From positions 1 to 25,797 of IMG/VR virus record IMGVR_UViG_3300028145_000062: a DNA stretch of 25,797 nt; one strand, given 5' to 3'. Under the pieces are notes generated by a model. That model did not search any database and was not told the origin of the DNA. It worked only from the letters and a program-made list of their open reading frames with translations. The position numbers and the translations under genes are program-made. This DNA is from a virus (taxonomy: Duplodnaviria > Caudoviricetes). This document shows positions 1 through 8,517 of the stretch, one piece after another (the first letter of the stretch is position 1; every line of letters starts with the position of its first letter).

Positions 1-2
1 CG

Positions 3-1202
3 CTCGAAGTGAAGGGCCGCCCCAACCAGGCCGCACCGACCGAGATCAAGGTCCGCAGCCCCGGCGAGCGCGTGTTCGACTGCATGAAGGCGTCGGGAGA
101 AAAGACGTTCTTCCCGACCTTTGACGACACGTACCAGATGCAACTCTGGCTGCAGCGCAAGATTCTGCTCGCCAAGGCGGAGTTTGCGGGTGCGGCCGTC
201 GTCGAGAAGAAGTACCGCGAGGTCAGTGACCGGCTTAGCCAGAAGGCCGGGTATCTCACCGGCGTTGGCACGGCCGATACGACCCACGGCGACCTAACCA
301 TCCCGATCGGGTTCGACGCGAACCTCATCAAGAACGTGCTGGAGTACGGCGTGGCGCGGCGGATCGCGCAGATGACGCTGATGAACCAGGAAACCGTGCG
401 GGTTCCCGCGCGGACGGCCGGCATCTCCGGGTCGTACCCTGTCGAGAACGTCGCGGCGACAGTCTCGGCCGGAACGTACAACTCGATCACGCTGACGGCC
501 CACACCTTCGTCGTGCTGACGCAGTGCTCGAATCAGATTCTCCAGGACTCCGGCATCAACTTCGTTGACGAGATGATGCAGGAACTGGCGCTGGCGATTG
601 CCACGCAGGAGGACAACGCCTACTTCATCGGCGACGGCTCCGCAACCTACGCGGGCATGGTCGGATGGACTTCTCGCATGGGCACGACCACGACCGATGG
701 CGGTCAAGTGGTCATCGGCGGATCGTCCGTTCAGGCCCACACGCACGCGCAGTTGATTTCAGCCATCGCCCGCGTGCCGCAGTACGCCCGTCGCGGGATG
801 ATCTTTACCTGCTCGCCCACCGTCAAGGCCCTGCTCTTCGACCGCCTCGCAACCTCAACCAACACCGGCGGCCTGACGCTGGACGAGGTAACCGGGTTCG
901 GGCTGGTGAGCAAGTACCTGGGCATCCCGATCATCGAGAATAACTCGATGAGCGTGACGGACGCGGCGGCCAACGGCACGATCGACGTGCTGCTGGGCGA
1001 TTTCAAGCGGGGCAGCCGGTTCGGTTCGCGGCTCGACGCCGAACTCGACACCGACGCATCGCTCGGGTTCTCGTCCTACTCCACGTATTTCCGTGGCGTC
1101 GTTCGGCACGACGTGAACTGCCACAACTACGGCCCGACTGGTCCCGCGACCAGCGGAGCCGGTGGCTTGGTCGGCCCGGTCGTGGCGTTCTGTCAGTCCT
1201 GA
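3..1202 (+). CDS. Major capsid protein, HK97 fold (probably 5'-truncated by the window edge)
   Basis: Frame is open to the window start. Typical HK97 motifs: G-x-TIP..F...I, 'YPVENVAATVS..TYNSITLTAH', 'SNQILQDS.INF', 'EDNAYFIGDG', 'LGIPII', 'LLGDF'. Confidence 0.93.
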   Translation, partial: LEVKGRPNQAAPTEIKVRSPGERVFDCMKASGEKTFFPTFDDTYQMQLWLQRKILLAKAEFAGAAVVEKKYREVSDRLSQKAGYLTGVGTADTTHGDLTIPIGFDANLIKNVLEYGVARRIAQMTLMNQETVRVPARTAGISGSYPVENVAATVSAGTYNSITLTAHTFVVLTQCSNQILQDSGINFVDEMMQELALAIATQEDNAYFIGDGSATYAGMVGWTSRMGTTTTDGGQVVIGGSSVQAHTHAQLISAIARVPQYARRGMIFTCSPTVKALLFDRLATSTNTGGLTLDEVTGFGLVSKYLGIPIIENNSMSVTDAAANGTIDVLLGDFKRGSRFGSRLDAELDTDASLGFSSYSTYFRGVVRHDVNCHNYGPTGPATSGAGGLVGPVVAFCQS

Positions 1203-1226
1203 GTTCTGATCCAAGGAGTACACACA

Positions 1227-1679
1227 ATGGCTCTTCTTTCAAGTGATCTTCGGCAGGCGGTAGTTTTGGTGCCCGCCAATCGGCTGGCGGCATCCAACAA
1301 GGCGTCTGCTGTTATCGACACGATGCCCGGAGGCGTTAAGGCGCAGCAATGTATCTTTACGTTCCTGCGCGACAACAGCGGCGCGTCCAGCATCCGATTC
1401 CGTGTTCGGCACTGCTCTGCGTCGGCGACGTTGTTCGCGTCGGCGACCGACTTCACCACGGTCTGCTCGCACGTCATGGCCTCGACGGCCACGAACGCCG
1501 GGCGGATGGTGGACCTGCAAGGTGCCAAGCGCTACCTGCGGATCAAGATGTCGGGCGTGTCGAACACCGCCGTTACAGCGGTCATCGCCTCGTTCTTCGG
1601 CAACGGCCAGCAGCCCGCCGGTGCGACCCTCGCCACGGCATCGGCGCAGGGCTTCGCGTCCCTGACGGTTGGGGCCTGA
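1227..1679 (+). CDS. Capsid-adjacent beta-rich protein (possible decoration/cement protein)
   Basis: SD AAGGAG upstream, directly after the capsid gene, 'VDL.GAKRYLRI' motif seen in such proteins. Confidence 0.65.
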   Translation: MALLSSDLRQAVVLVPANRLAASNKASAVIDTMPGGVKAQQCIFTFLRDNSGASSIRFRVRHCSASATLFASATDFTTVCSHVMASTATNAGRMVDLQGAKRYLRIKMSGVSNTAVTAVIASFFGNGQQPAGATLATASAQGFASLTVGA

Positions 1680-2104
1680 TGTTCACGGACACCGCCAAGG
1701 GCGGCGCGGCCACGACTGCCGCGCCGCCTCCGGCGCTCTCGCTTCGGGACATGCAAGCGTGGGTCAACGAGAAGGTCGCTTCGATTCACGCGATCGTGAA
1801 CTACCCAACCTACTCCGGCGCACGGGCGGCCAAGGAAGTCGGGGACGACCGCGAGAAGGAGATCGAGGAACTTTGGAGCTACATCGACGTGGACACAGAC
1901 GAGCACGGCAGCAAGTGGGTTGTCATTACCCGCGAGTTCCAGTCCTTCACACGCGGGCATTTGCTTTGCGCGGACAATCTCGCCGACGCCCAGTACCTGA
2001 TCCACATCGGTGTCGCGCGGGCGGCAACGCAATCGGACCTTGACGGGAAGTTGGCCGAGCATCGGCGGGCATCGTTCCGGGACCAGATCGTCACAAAGGG
2101 GTAA
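1679..2104 (+). CDS. Hypothetical head-module protein, 141 aa (MFTDTAKGG...)
   Basis: TGATG stop/start overlap at 1677-1681. C-terminal 'G......D..A.YLI..GVA' pattern typical of small post-capsid proteins. The ORF-track start at 1349 is an over-extension. Confidence 0.65.
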   Translation: MFTDTAKGGAATTAAPPPALSLRDMQAWVNEKVASIHAIVNYPTYSGARAAKEVGDDREKEIEELWSYIDVDTDEHGSKWVVITREFQSFTRGHLLCADNLADAQYLIHIGVARAATQSDLDGKLAEHRRASFRDQIVTKG

Positions 2105-2107
2105 GCC

Positions 2108-2737
2108 TTGGCCCTCGAACTGACAACCGCCGCTCTCGTGCAGGCCGCGTTGTTTCCGGCTGGAACGACGCCGGACACCACGTACGTCACGGCGGCGGCG
2201 CAGGCGGCCGAGGACTTGATCAAGCGGTACTGCAACCGATGGCCGGACGGGTTCCTCAACACCAGCGCCCACACCGAGAAGTTCCCCGGCGACGTAACGT
2301 TCGGCGAACCAATCTCCCTGTTGTACTCACCCGTGACGGCGATCACCAGCGTTAAGGTGTTTACCGCCTCGGCGTCAAGCTCGACGATCGCCAGCACGAA
2401 CTACCGCATCGAGAGCAACGGGCTTCAACTGTCGTTCATCAACTACGGCAGTTATGACGCGGCGCTGGCGTGGTATGCAAGCGGGATGGACGTGCGGCCC
2501 GGCCCGTCATTCCTTGATGAACTGGGCACCGCCTATCCATACACTGAGGTTGTCTACACGGGCGGGTACGCGAGCCAGTCGGTTGTGCCTGCGGACTTAC
2601 AGCAGGCCGCGATCGACGTGGCGAGGATGATCTACAACGGCTCGCGCGGGACCAAAGAGGACCGCGCCACCACCGAGGACATTGAGAAGCGGCTTGACCT
2701 GCTGCTGCGCCACCACCGGCGGAAAGTGGGGGTGTGA
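2108..2737 (+). CDS. Head-tail adaptor/connector (HK97 gp6 / SPP1 gp15-like)
   Basis: 'AAEDLIKRYCNR', 'PVTAITSVKV', 'VVYTGGY...VPADLQQAAIDVA' motifs, TTG start, expected position. Confidence 0.85.
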   Translation: MALELTTAALVQAALFPAGTTPDTTYVTAAAQAAEDLIKRYCNRWPDGFLNTSAHTEKFPGDVTFGEPISLLYSPVTAITSVKVFTASASSSTIASTNYRIESNGLQLSFINYGSYDAALAWYASGMDVRPGPSFLDELGTAYPYTEVVYTGGYASQSVVPADLQQAAIDVARMIYNGSRGTKEDRATTEDIEKRLDLLLRHHRRKVGV

Positions 2738-3345
2738 TGGCGATGACGTTCAAGTGGACCGGCGATGCCTGGGCCAAAGCCGCTGTGCCAGCCGCCGAGA
2801 AGGGGCTGGAGGAAGTGGCGAAGTTCTGCGCCGAGAAGGCGCGGGTGAGCATCGGTCGAAACCACGGGGGCGTGGCGTCACAGCCAGGGATGCCGCCCAA
2901 CTCGCAGACCGGCAACCTCCGCCGGCGGATCGCATGGGTCGGTGCCGCGCAGGTGGGACGGCTCCGGGCCGCGTTCGGTACAGACGTGAAGTACGGCCGA
3001 TATCTGGAGTTCGGGGCACGACCGCGCGCCCGCGACAAGTATCTGACTGTGCCGCTGACGGTTCAGGCCGCCAAGGCCCTGCGCCGCGTCAAGACGGTGC
3101 GGGCGATTCCTGGCTTGAAGTGGCACCCCCCCCGCAAGGGAAACACCCGCAGCGGCGGCGTGCTGGGCAAGATCGTTTCCAAGAAGTTTGTCGCGTGGTT
3201 CGCCCTGATGACGGATGTAACCATCAAGGCCCGGCCGTGGCTCCGCCCGGCGTTCTTCAACAACTCGCACGAGGCCGGGCAGATATTCGCCCGTGTCGCC
3301 GTGCGCGAGCTTCTGCGCCACGCGAAGGCCGGGGGTGTCGCGTGA
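2737..3345 (+). CDS. Neck/tail-completion protein (HK97 gp10 / Mu virion morphogenesis-like)
   Basis: 'SQPGMPPNSQTGNLRR.I', 'GTDVKYGRYLEFG', 'IKARPWLRPA' motifs. Confidence 0.85.
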   Translation: MAMTFKWTGDAWAKAAVPAAEKGLEEVAKFCAEKARVSIGRNHGGVASQPGMPPNSQTGNLRRRIAWVGAAQVGRLRAAFGTDVKYGRYLEFGARPRARDKYLTVPLTVQAAKALRRVKTVRAIPGLKWHPPRKGNTRSGGVLGKIVSKKFVAWFALMTDVTIKARPWLRPAFFNNSHEAGQIFARVAVRELLRHAKAGGVA

Positions 3346-3854
3346 GCCACTGGATGCCCGCGCTGCAGTCGGCGATCTGGACGAGGCTGATGGCGGACAA
3401 CGGCCCGACCGGGCTGTTCGCCAACCCCGGCACGCTGCTGGTGCATGGGGTGTTCTTCACCAACGTCCCAGCGAACGCCCCGATGCCGTACCTGATGGTC
3501 GTGATGGTGGGGACGACCAATACCGACACGTTCCGCACGCGGTCGATCCGGGTCGAGTTCGACGTACACACCGTCGTCGCCCGCGCGTCGAGCAACGCGC
3601 TCGAGCCCGCGACCAATGACGACGGGCTGATCCGCGGCGCCGCCATCATGGAGCGGATCGACGGCGACTGGGACCGGCAGACGCACGGAACGGCCCCGAC
3701 GTACGGGCTGGATCGTTACCAGTTCTCCTTGTCCGGCTCGACGCAATGGACGTGCGATATCTGCGAGTTCCAGGAGTGCCGCGACGAGTCTGATGATGAG
3801 TCGTTCCACTGGGTTCAGACGTTCCGGTTGTACGTGTCACGCGCCGCGGTCTAG
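3342..3854 (+). CDS. Tail terminator (DUF3168 / SPP1 gp17-like), 170 aa
   Basis: GTGA overlap with the previous stop. 'ALQSAIWTRL..D', 'VP.NAPMPYLMV', 'FDVH' motifs. Confidence 0.8.
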   Translation: MSHWMPALQSAIWTRLMADNGPTGLFANPGTLLVHGVFFTNVPANAPMPYLMVVMVGTTNTDTFRTRSIRVEFDVHTVVARASSNALEPATNDDGLIRGAAIMERIDGDWDRQTHGTAPTYGLDRYQFSLSGSTQWTCDICEFQECRDESDDESFHWVQTFRLYVSRAAV

Positions 3855-3871
3855 CGCGGCGGAGGTATGCA

Positions 3872-4732
3872 ATGGGCTATCACCTGATCGGCGCGGAGGC
3901 GGCGGTAACGTCATGGGGATCGGCGAACCACTACGCGACCCTGCTTACCAAAATCAGCCCGCACCAGGCGAACTTCACGCACGTTACGGACGACCACGAC
4001 GTAACGGGACTGGGCGGCACGAACCGCGCCACGTTGCCGGGACTGTACCGCTCGCGCGTGTCAATCCGGTCCCGGTGGGCGTCAACGCCCCGGCTCGGAA
4101 ACGTCGGGTTCGTCTCCGCGTCCGGCGGAACGACCGCTCCGTACACGGCGCACGTCAACGCCTTTGAGTTGACCATTCGATCGTCCAATGTCCACGACAT
4201 CACCGACATGAACACCGCGACGGCTTCGGCCCCGGTGTTCCGCGCGTACCGGCCTGACTACCTGACGTGGAGCGGGACGTACAACTGCGTGGCTGATTCA
4301 TCGACGCTGCTGGTAGCACCGGACGTTCCGACGAATACGCTCAACTCGTTTGTGTTCCGGTACGGCGACGAGGCAACAGACGACTCCATCACCGGCACGG
4401 GTATGCAAGCCCAGTTGGCGCAGACGATTCAGGTCGGGTCGCTGTCCACGTCGGTGTATTCGTTCATCGGCGGAGGCCAACTTGTCCCCGCCGGTACGAC
4501 ATCGGCGTTCGGGGCAAGCGGCGCAACGAACATGATCGGCGGCGTTCCGCTCTGGAACCAGGGCGGTGCGGCGGTCGGTGCGATGAAGCTCACGCTGCTC
4601 TCGGGCGGACAGGTCGTGACCATCGCCGACACGTTCTATGAGTCCATCACGATCCGGTGCGGCGTGGGCGTGCCGGTTGAGATCGACGTGGAGGTTGTGG
4701 GTACGGGCGCGGTGACGTACGGGACATCGTAA
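3872..4732 (+). CDS. Tail tube (major tail) protein, apparently with a duplicated tube domain
   Basis: SD GGAGG, position after the terminator, two 'HD(V/I)T...P(G/D)...' tube motifs and two 'GxG.(L/V)' C-terminal motifs. Confidence 0.75.
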   Translation: MGYHLIGAEAAVTSWGSANHYATLLTKISPHQANFTHVTDDHDVTGLGGTNRATLPGLYRSRVSIRSRWASTPRLGNVGFVSASGGTTAPYTAHVNAFELTIRSSNVHDITDMNTATASAPVFRAYRPDYLTWSGTYNCVADSSTLLVAPDVPTNTLNSFVFRYGDEATDDSITGTGMQAQLAQTIQVGSLSTSVYSFIGGGQLVPAGTTSAFGASGATNMIGGVPLWNQGGAAVGAMKLTLLSGGQVVTIADTFYESITIRCGVGVPVEIDVEVVGTGAVTYGTS

Positions 4733-4735
4733 CGC

Positions 4736-4858
4736 CTAGCGGAACTGACTGGAGAACCACGCCATCACGACGATGAACACCACGATTCCCAATAGGACCA
4801 GCCCGGCCTTGAGAATGCCAATACCCACAGCGTTTTCAACTTCTCTGTTCCGTTCCAT
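4736..4858 (-). CDS. 40-aa single-TM peptide (moron-like), MERNREVENAVGIGILKAGLVLLGIVVFIVVMAWFSSQFR
   Basis: Translated by hand (below the ORF-track cutoff). It fills the tube/tape-measure gap exactly, has a strong hydrophobic helix and has its own promoter-like sequence. Confidence 0.7.
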   Translation of the reverse strand: MERNREVENAVGIGILKAGLVLLGIVVFIVVMAWFSSQFR

Positions 4859-4864
4859 ATCAGG

Positions 4865-4893
4865 AGTGTAACCCATAGCCGAGCAAGGGCCAA
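4865..4893 (-). promoter_or_regulatory. sigma70-like promoter TTGGCC-N17-TACACT, 6 nt upstream of ATG 4858 (leaderless)
   Basis: Hexamers and 17-nt spacing read directly from the sequence. Confidence 0.55.
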
Positions 4894-5918
4894 CCGGGGC
4901 ATCGGTAGGCGCGGCGTCGTTCGACCTGAACGCGAACGTCGCGGGTTTTCAGCGGGATATGAAGGCGGCGGAGAACATCGCACGCTCGTCCGCAAACCGC
5001 ATCCAGGGGGAGATGAACGCCAAGATTCTCGGACCAAAGACAAAGAGGGACGTATTTGGAAACTCCGTCGATGCGGCGATTGGGGACGAGGGTGGTGGGG
5101 GAGCATTTGGGGATTTGTCTGCCATCGGCAAGCGTTCGCGGGTTGCCCTCGCTGGGCTGCGGGCGCTAGAGGGAGCGTTTGCAACCGTGCTTCGCGCCGC
5201 GACCCTGACGGGGGCCGCCATCTTCGGAATCGGCGCGGCGTTCAATGAGCCGATCCGTCGCGCCAAAGAGGTCGGGGAGATTCTCAAAAGCATCAACAAG
5301 ATCGCGGAGGACACAGACTTCTCTGTCTCATTGATGGGGATGGGGAAGGAACAGGCGGCGCTCGCCCAACTCGAAAAGAAGTACGACGACATTCGAGAGA
5401 AGGTCAAGGCGGATGGGGCGAAACTGACGGGCCGCGAGGACGGTGGCGCGATGCACCGCCGCCTTGCCGAGATCGACGATGCTCAGCGCCGCGAGGCCGC
5501 GAACCTGCGGACCAACCAGCAGATCGCCCGTCAGACACAGGAGTACCGCGACTCACTCAAGGTCGATCCCACCAATGGGGAACTAGACCGCAACATCGCC
5601 GTCGCCAAGGCCGAGTCCGACAGGATCACAAAGAAGATCGAAGAGGATATCAAAGAGTTCGAGGCCGGGCAGACTCGCACGCGCGACATCCTGCGAAAAC
5701 AAGAGGAGGCAAGGGGCCAGGCCAAGATTCTGGAAATCGCCATTGCGGAGGCATTCAAGCAAGGCTCGCAGGAAATCTACAAGGCCATCAAGGACGCCAA
5801 CGAAGAGGCACTACGTAACCAGCGCCAGTTCTCGGAGGACCAACTCAACCGCATCGCGTTCTCTCTAGAGTCCATCGCGCCCGCCCTTGAACTCCACGCA
5901 CCGGGGCTACCACGATGA
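4875..5918 (+). CDS. Short tape measure protein (~347 aa) with apparent ATA start
   Basis: AGGAG at 4862-4866, ATA at 4875 in frame with ATG 4959, in-frame TAA at 4869. The extension reads (M)AEQGPTGASVGAASFDLNANVAGFQRDMKAAE, a typical TMP N-terminus. The body is helical and Ala/Glu/Lys-rich. Confidence 0.75.
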   Translation: MAEQGPTGASVGAASFDLNANVAGFQRDMKAAENIARSSANRIQGEMNAKILGPKTKRDVFGNSVDAAIGDEGGGGAFGDLSAIGKRSRVALAGLRALEGAFATVLRAATLTGAAIFGIGAAFNEPIRRAKEVGEILKSINKIAEDTDFSVSLMGMGKEQAALAQLEKKYDDIREKVKADGAKLTGREDGGAMHRRLAEIDDAQRREAANLRTNQQIARQTQEYRDSLKVDPTNGELDRNIAVAKAESDRITKKIEEDIKEFEAGQTRTRDILRKQEEARGQAKILEIAIAEAFKQGSQEIYKAIKDANEEALRNQRQFSEDQLNRIAFSLESIAPALELHAPGLPR

Positions 5919-6793
5919 GTTGGTGCGAGTTCATCGACAGCACGCAGGCGGTGAGCGTGGATTGGACCGGCTCGATGGTCGGCACGCGCGTGTACAAGGT
6001 GTGGGACTACTCGCGCACGCTGATCCTGACCAACCCCAGCAGCATCATCGGCGGACCGAGCGGTATCGAATCTCTGCCGACGATCAACTCGTCGTGGGAG
6101 GGGATGAAGCTCGACCGTTACGACGTGTCGCCAGGGCCAGGCAACGTGTTTGTCGTCCAGGGAATGTACTCCACGGACGGCCGGTTCACCAACTTCTCCG
6201 GCCCGAACTACGACGAGCCGCAGTGGCAAGTGTCGTTCCAGACGGTTCCGATGCCGTTCGTGTACGCCACGCCGGTTACGAGCGCGGTGGCTTTGGGAGA
6301 TGGTGCGCAGCTTCTGTCGTACAACTACGAGCCAAAGGAAAAGACGGTCGGTGCGAAGATGGTGCGGTACAGCCGCAGAATCGACCTCGAACAGGCCGAC
6401 TACGACCAGGCGGTGTTCGCCGTTGGGCTTGAAAACAACTCCCTCCACTTGATCGGCGGAAAGGTCTACCTCTTCGAGGCGTCGGACATCATCCCCAAGG
6501 GCGGCGGGAAGTTCTACACGAACTACTCGTGGATTTACGATCGCGGCTGGCTGTCGTCGCACCTCGTGCGCAACCCCAACACAGCCATCTCCTACCCGCT
6601 CGACCTTCAGTATTTCAACGGGGCCGCGCCGTACGCCGGGGCGATCTGGACGCGCCCGCCGTTCCACCACGTCATTCCCTACTTCGACCAGACCAATGCG
6701 CCGGGGCCGGTGGCGATCCCGCCGAAGTACGACGCGGTGTGCGAGTTGGAGCGGCGCGATATCGGGTGGACCAACCTACCGGGGGCGTTCTAA
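5915..6793 (+). CDS. Putative distal tail / tail-tip protein
   Basis: ATGA overlap with the TMP stop, beta-rich aromatic composition, position. Confidence 0.6.
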   Translation: MSWCEFIDSTQAVSVDWTGSMVGTRVYKVWDYSRTLILTNPSSIIGGPSGIESLPTINSSWEGMKLDRYDVSPGPGNVFVVQGMYSTDGRFTNFSGPNYDEPQWQVSFQTVPMPFVYATPVTSAVALGDGAQLLSYNYEPKEKTVGAKMVRYSRRIDLEQADYDQAVFAVGLENNSLHLIGGKVYLFEASDIIPKGGGKFYTNYSWIYDRGWLSSHLVRNPNTAISYPLDLQYFNGAAPYAGAIWTRPPFHHVIPYFDQTNAPGPVAIPPKYDAVCELERRDIGWTNLPGAF

Positions 6794-7080
6794 TGGCCGC
6801 CTCCGAACACATCTCGGCCGTCGTCGTGAGCTACCAGGGCACGCCCGCGAACGTGCCCGCGTTCGCTACCGCCGTGTCGTACACCGCCGACGTGAACATT
6901 CCCGGCCATGACCAGCCGGTGCGGCTGTCCGGCATCGTCCCGACGATCTGGCGGTGGCGGGCTCCGTTGAAGATTCGCCCGTGGGACTTGGTTGGCCGCA
7001 CCATCGGCGGGTGGCGCATCGGCGGGATGTATCAGTGGGACTTCATCGAGTCGCCGGACCAGGGGAGTTGCCCGCCATGA
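6793..7080 (+). CDS. Hypothetical tail-tip protein, 95 aa (MAASEHIS...)
   Basis: TAATG overlap, fits the operon tiling. Confidence 0.65.
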   Translation: MAASEHISAVVVSYQGTPANVPAFATAVSYTADVNIPGHDQPVRLSGIVPTIWRWRAPLKIRPWDLVGRTIGGWRIGGMYQWDFIESPDQGSCPP

Positions 7081-7412
7081 TCACTGTCCACATCGAGCAT
7101 GAACCGATCGACCTTGGCGCACCCGTCGCCACGCCCGCGATCAGCATCGAGGGCATCGACGCGGTGTCGTTCCAGGCCGAGCCGATTGGCGGGGCGTTTC
7201 CCGGATCGTGCATCCTCACCGCGCAGGTGTCCAACGACGGCAAGCACTGGTACGCGCTGGCTACCTCCGTCACGTTGGCGGCGGCCGGTATCACCGATGA
7301 GATCAACGTCACGGCGTACAAGTGGTTCCGCGTGTGCGTCACCGACACGGCCGCGGCGACCGCCTATTGCGTCATCACCATTCATGGGGAGGCATTCCCT
7401 CGTGGCACGTAA
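7077..7412 (+). CDS. Small beta-sandwich structural protein, 111 aa (MITVHIEH...)
   Basis: ATGA overlap, SD GGGGAG, 'QVSNDGKHW...Y..FRV' motif of phage jelly-roll proteins. Confidence 0.7.
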   Translation: MITVHIEHEPIDLGAPVATPAISIEGIDAVSFQAEPIGGAFPGSCILTAQVSNDGKHWYALATSVTLAAAGITDEINVTAYKWFRVCVTDTAAATAYCVITIHGEAFPRGT

Positions 7413-7641
7413 CCTCTACCACCGCGGCGCTGGCTACCACACGATCACGTCGGCGGACCTTCCGGCGAACCTGCTGACCACGGACGGGGCGGCGCAGGTC
7501 GTCACCGGGTCTATCCAGTTTCCATCCGGCACGATCAAGCTCAAGGCTGCTGGCGGGTCGCTGCTGTCGCTGTCCACCGTGGCCGTCGTCGATCAGACTG
7601 CAACCTTTCCCACCATTACCGGCACTGTCGTCATTGTTTAG
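7402..7641 (+). CDS. Hypothetical fibre-like protein, 79 aa (GTG start, ARNLYHRG...)
   Basis: SD GGGGAGG upstream, Thr/Val/Gly-rich, contains a 'Q.VTG...F' fibre-type motif. Confidence 0.55.
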   Translation: MARNLYHRGAGYHTITSADLPANLLTTDGAAQVVTGSIQFPSGTIKLKAAGGSLLSLSTVAVVDQTATFPTITGTVVIV

Positions 7642-7650
7642 GAGCCTCGC

Positions 7651-8514
7651 ATGGCCACGCAATATATCAGCAAGTCCACGACCGACCTTACCGGCGCTCT
7701 CACCACGGACAATGTGGTGGTGTTCTCCGAAGGCAGCCAGCAAGTCACGGGCGGCATGGACCAGTCCGGCCTAGCCAACGGCCTCGCGCAACTCCTATTG
7801 GAGTCGCGGTTCACCGGCACGATCGGCGGCGGCGCGGCCGGTCCGCTCATTGTTGACGTTGACGTTTCCCCAGGCATCGTCCGCAACAACGCGGGCGGCG
7901 GGGCGCTGTACATCAAGCCGGGCGGGGGCAACACGCTCATCACGACACTGGAACAGGTCGGGGCGGGCGCAACGTACGTGCAGTCGGGCGGGACGGTTAC
8001 GACGGCCGGGTGTGCCCGTGGTATGCTGTCGATCACGACGGACGTGATCTGCACGAACCTTGCCGTCATCGGCGGGACGTGCATCCAGGCGTACAAGGCC
8101 ACCGTCAACACCCTGCTCATTTGCAAGGGCGGAACGCTGCGGACTGGCCGCGGCATCACAACCGGCCACTTCGCCGACAAGTGCGACGTGGAGTTCTCGC
8201 GCGAGGACACCAGCGCCACGCTGCCGGTGGCGACGACGATTAACTTGTTCGGCGGACGGGTCAAGTGGCGCGGCGGGAACATCACCACGCTCAACTACTT
8301 CGGCGGCTTCCTTGATATCACCGAGGCCCCGGCAGACCTGACCATCACGAACTTGAACGGCACGTCCGATCAGCTCGCCGCGTCCGGCCTCACGATGGCG
8401 GCGGGCGGGACCATTACCAGCCGCACCGGCGCGGTCATCACAGCTACGAACGTCACCCGCTACGTCGGCACGCCAAATATGTACTTCTCCGGCGGCCAGA
8501 CGTTCAACATGTAA
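7651..8514 (+). CDS. Gly/Thr-rich beta-solenoid tail spike/fibre-like protein
   Basis: SD AGGAG, recurrent 'T.L...GG' turns. Confidence 0.65.
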   Translation: MATQYISKSTTDLTGALTTDNVVVFSEGSQQVTGGMDQSGLANGLAQLLLESRFTGTIGGGAAGPLIVDVDVSPGIVRNNAGGGALYIKPGGGNTLITTLEQVGAGATYVQSGGTVTTAGCARGMLSITTDVICTNLAVIGGTCIQAYKATVNTLLICKGGTLRTGRGITTGHFADKCDVEFSREDTSATLPVATTINLFGGRVKWRGGNITTLNYFGGFLDITEAPADLTITNLNGTSDQLAASGLTMAAGGTITSRTGAVITATNVTRYVGTPNMYFSGGQTFNM

Positions 8515-8517
8515 CCG

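Noticed and set aside
3126-3133. C8 homopolymer as a slippage or phase-variation site
   Set aside because: It encodes His-Pro-Pro-Arg within an intact frame whose conserved C-terminal motif follows without a shift.
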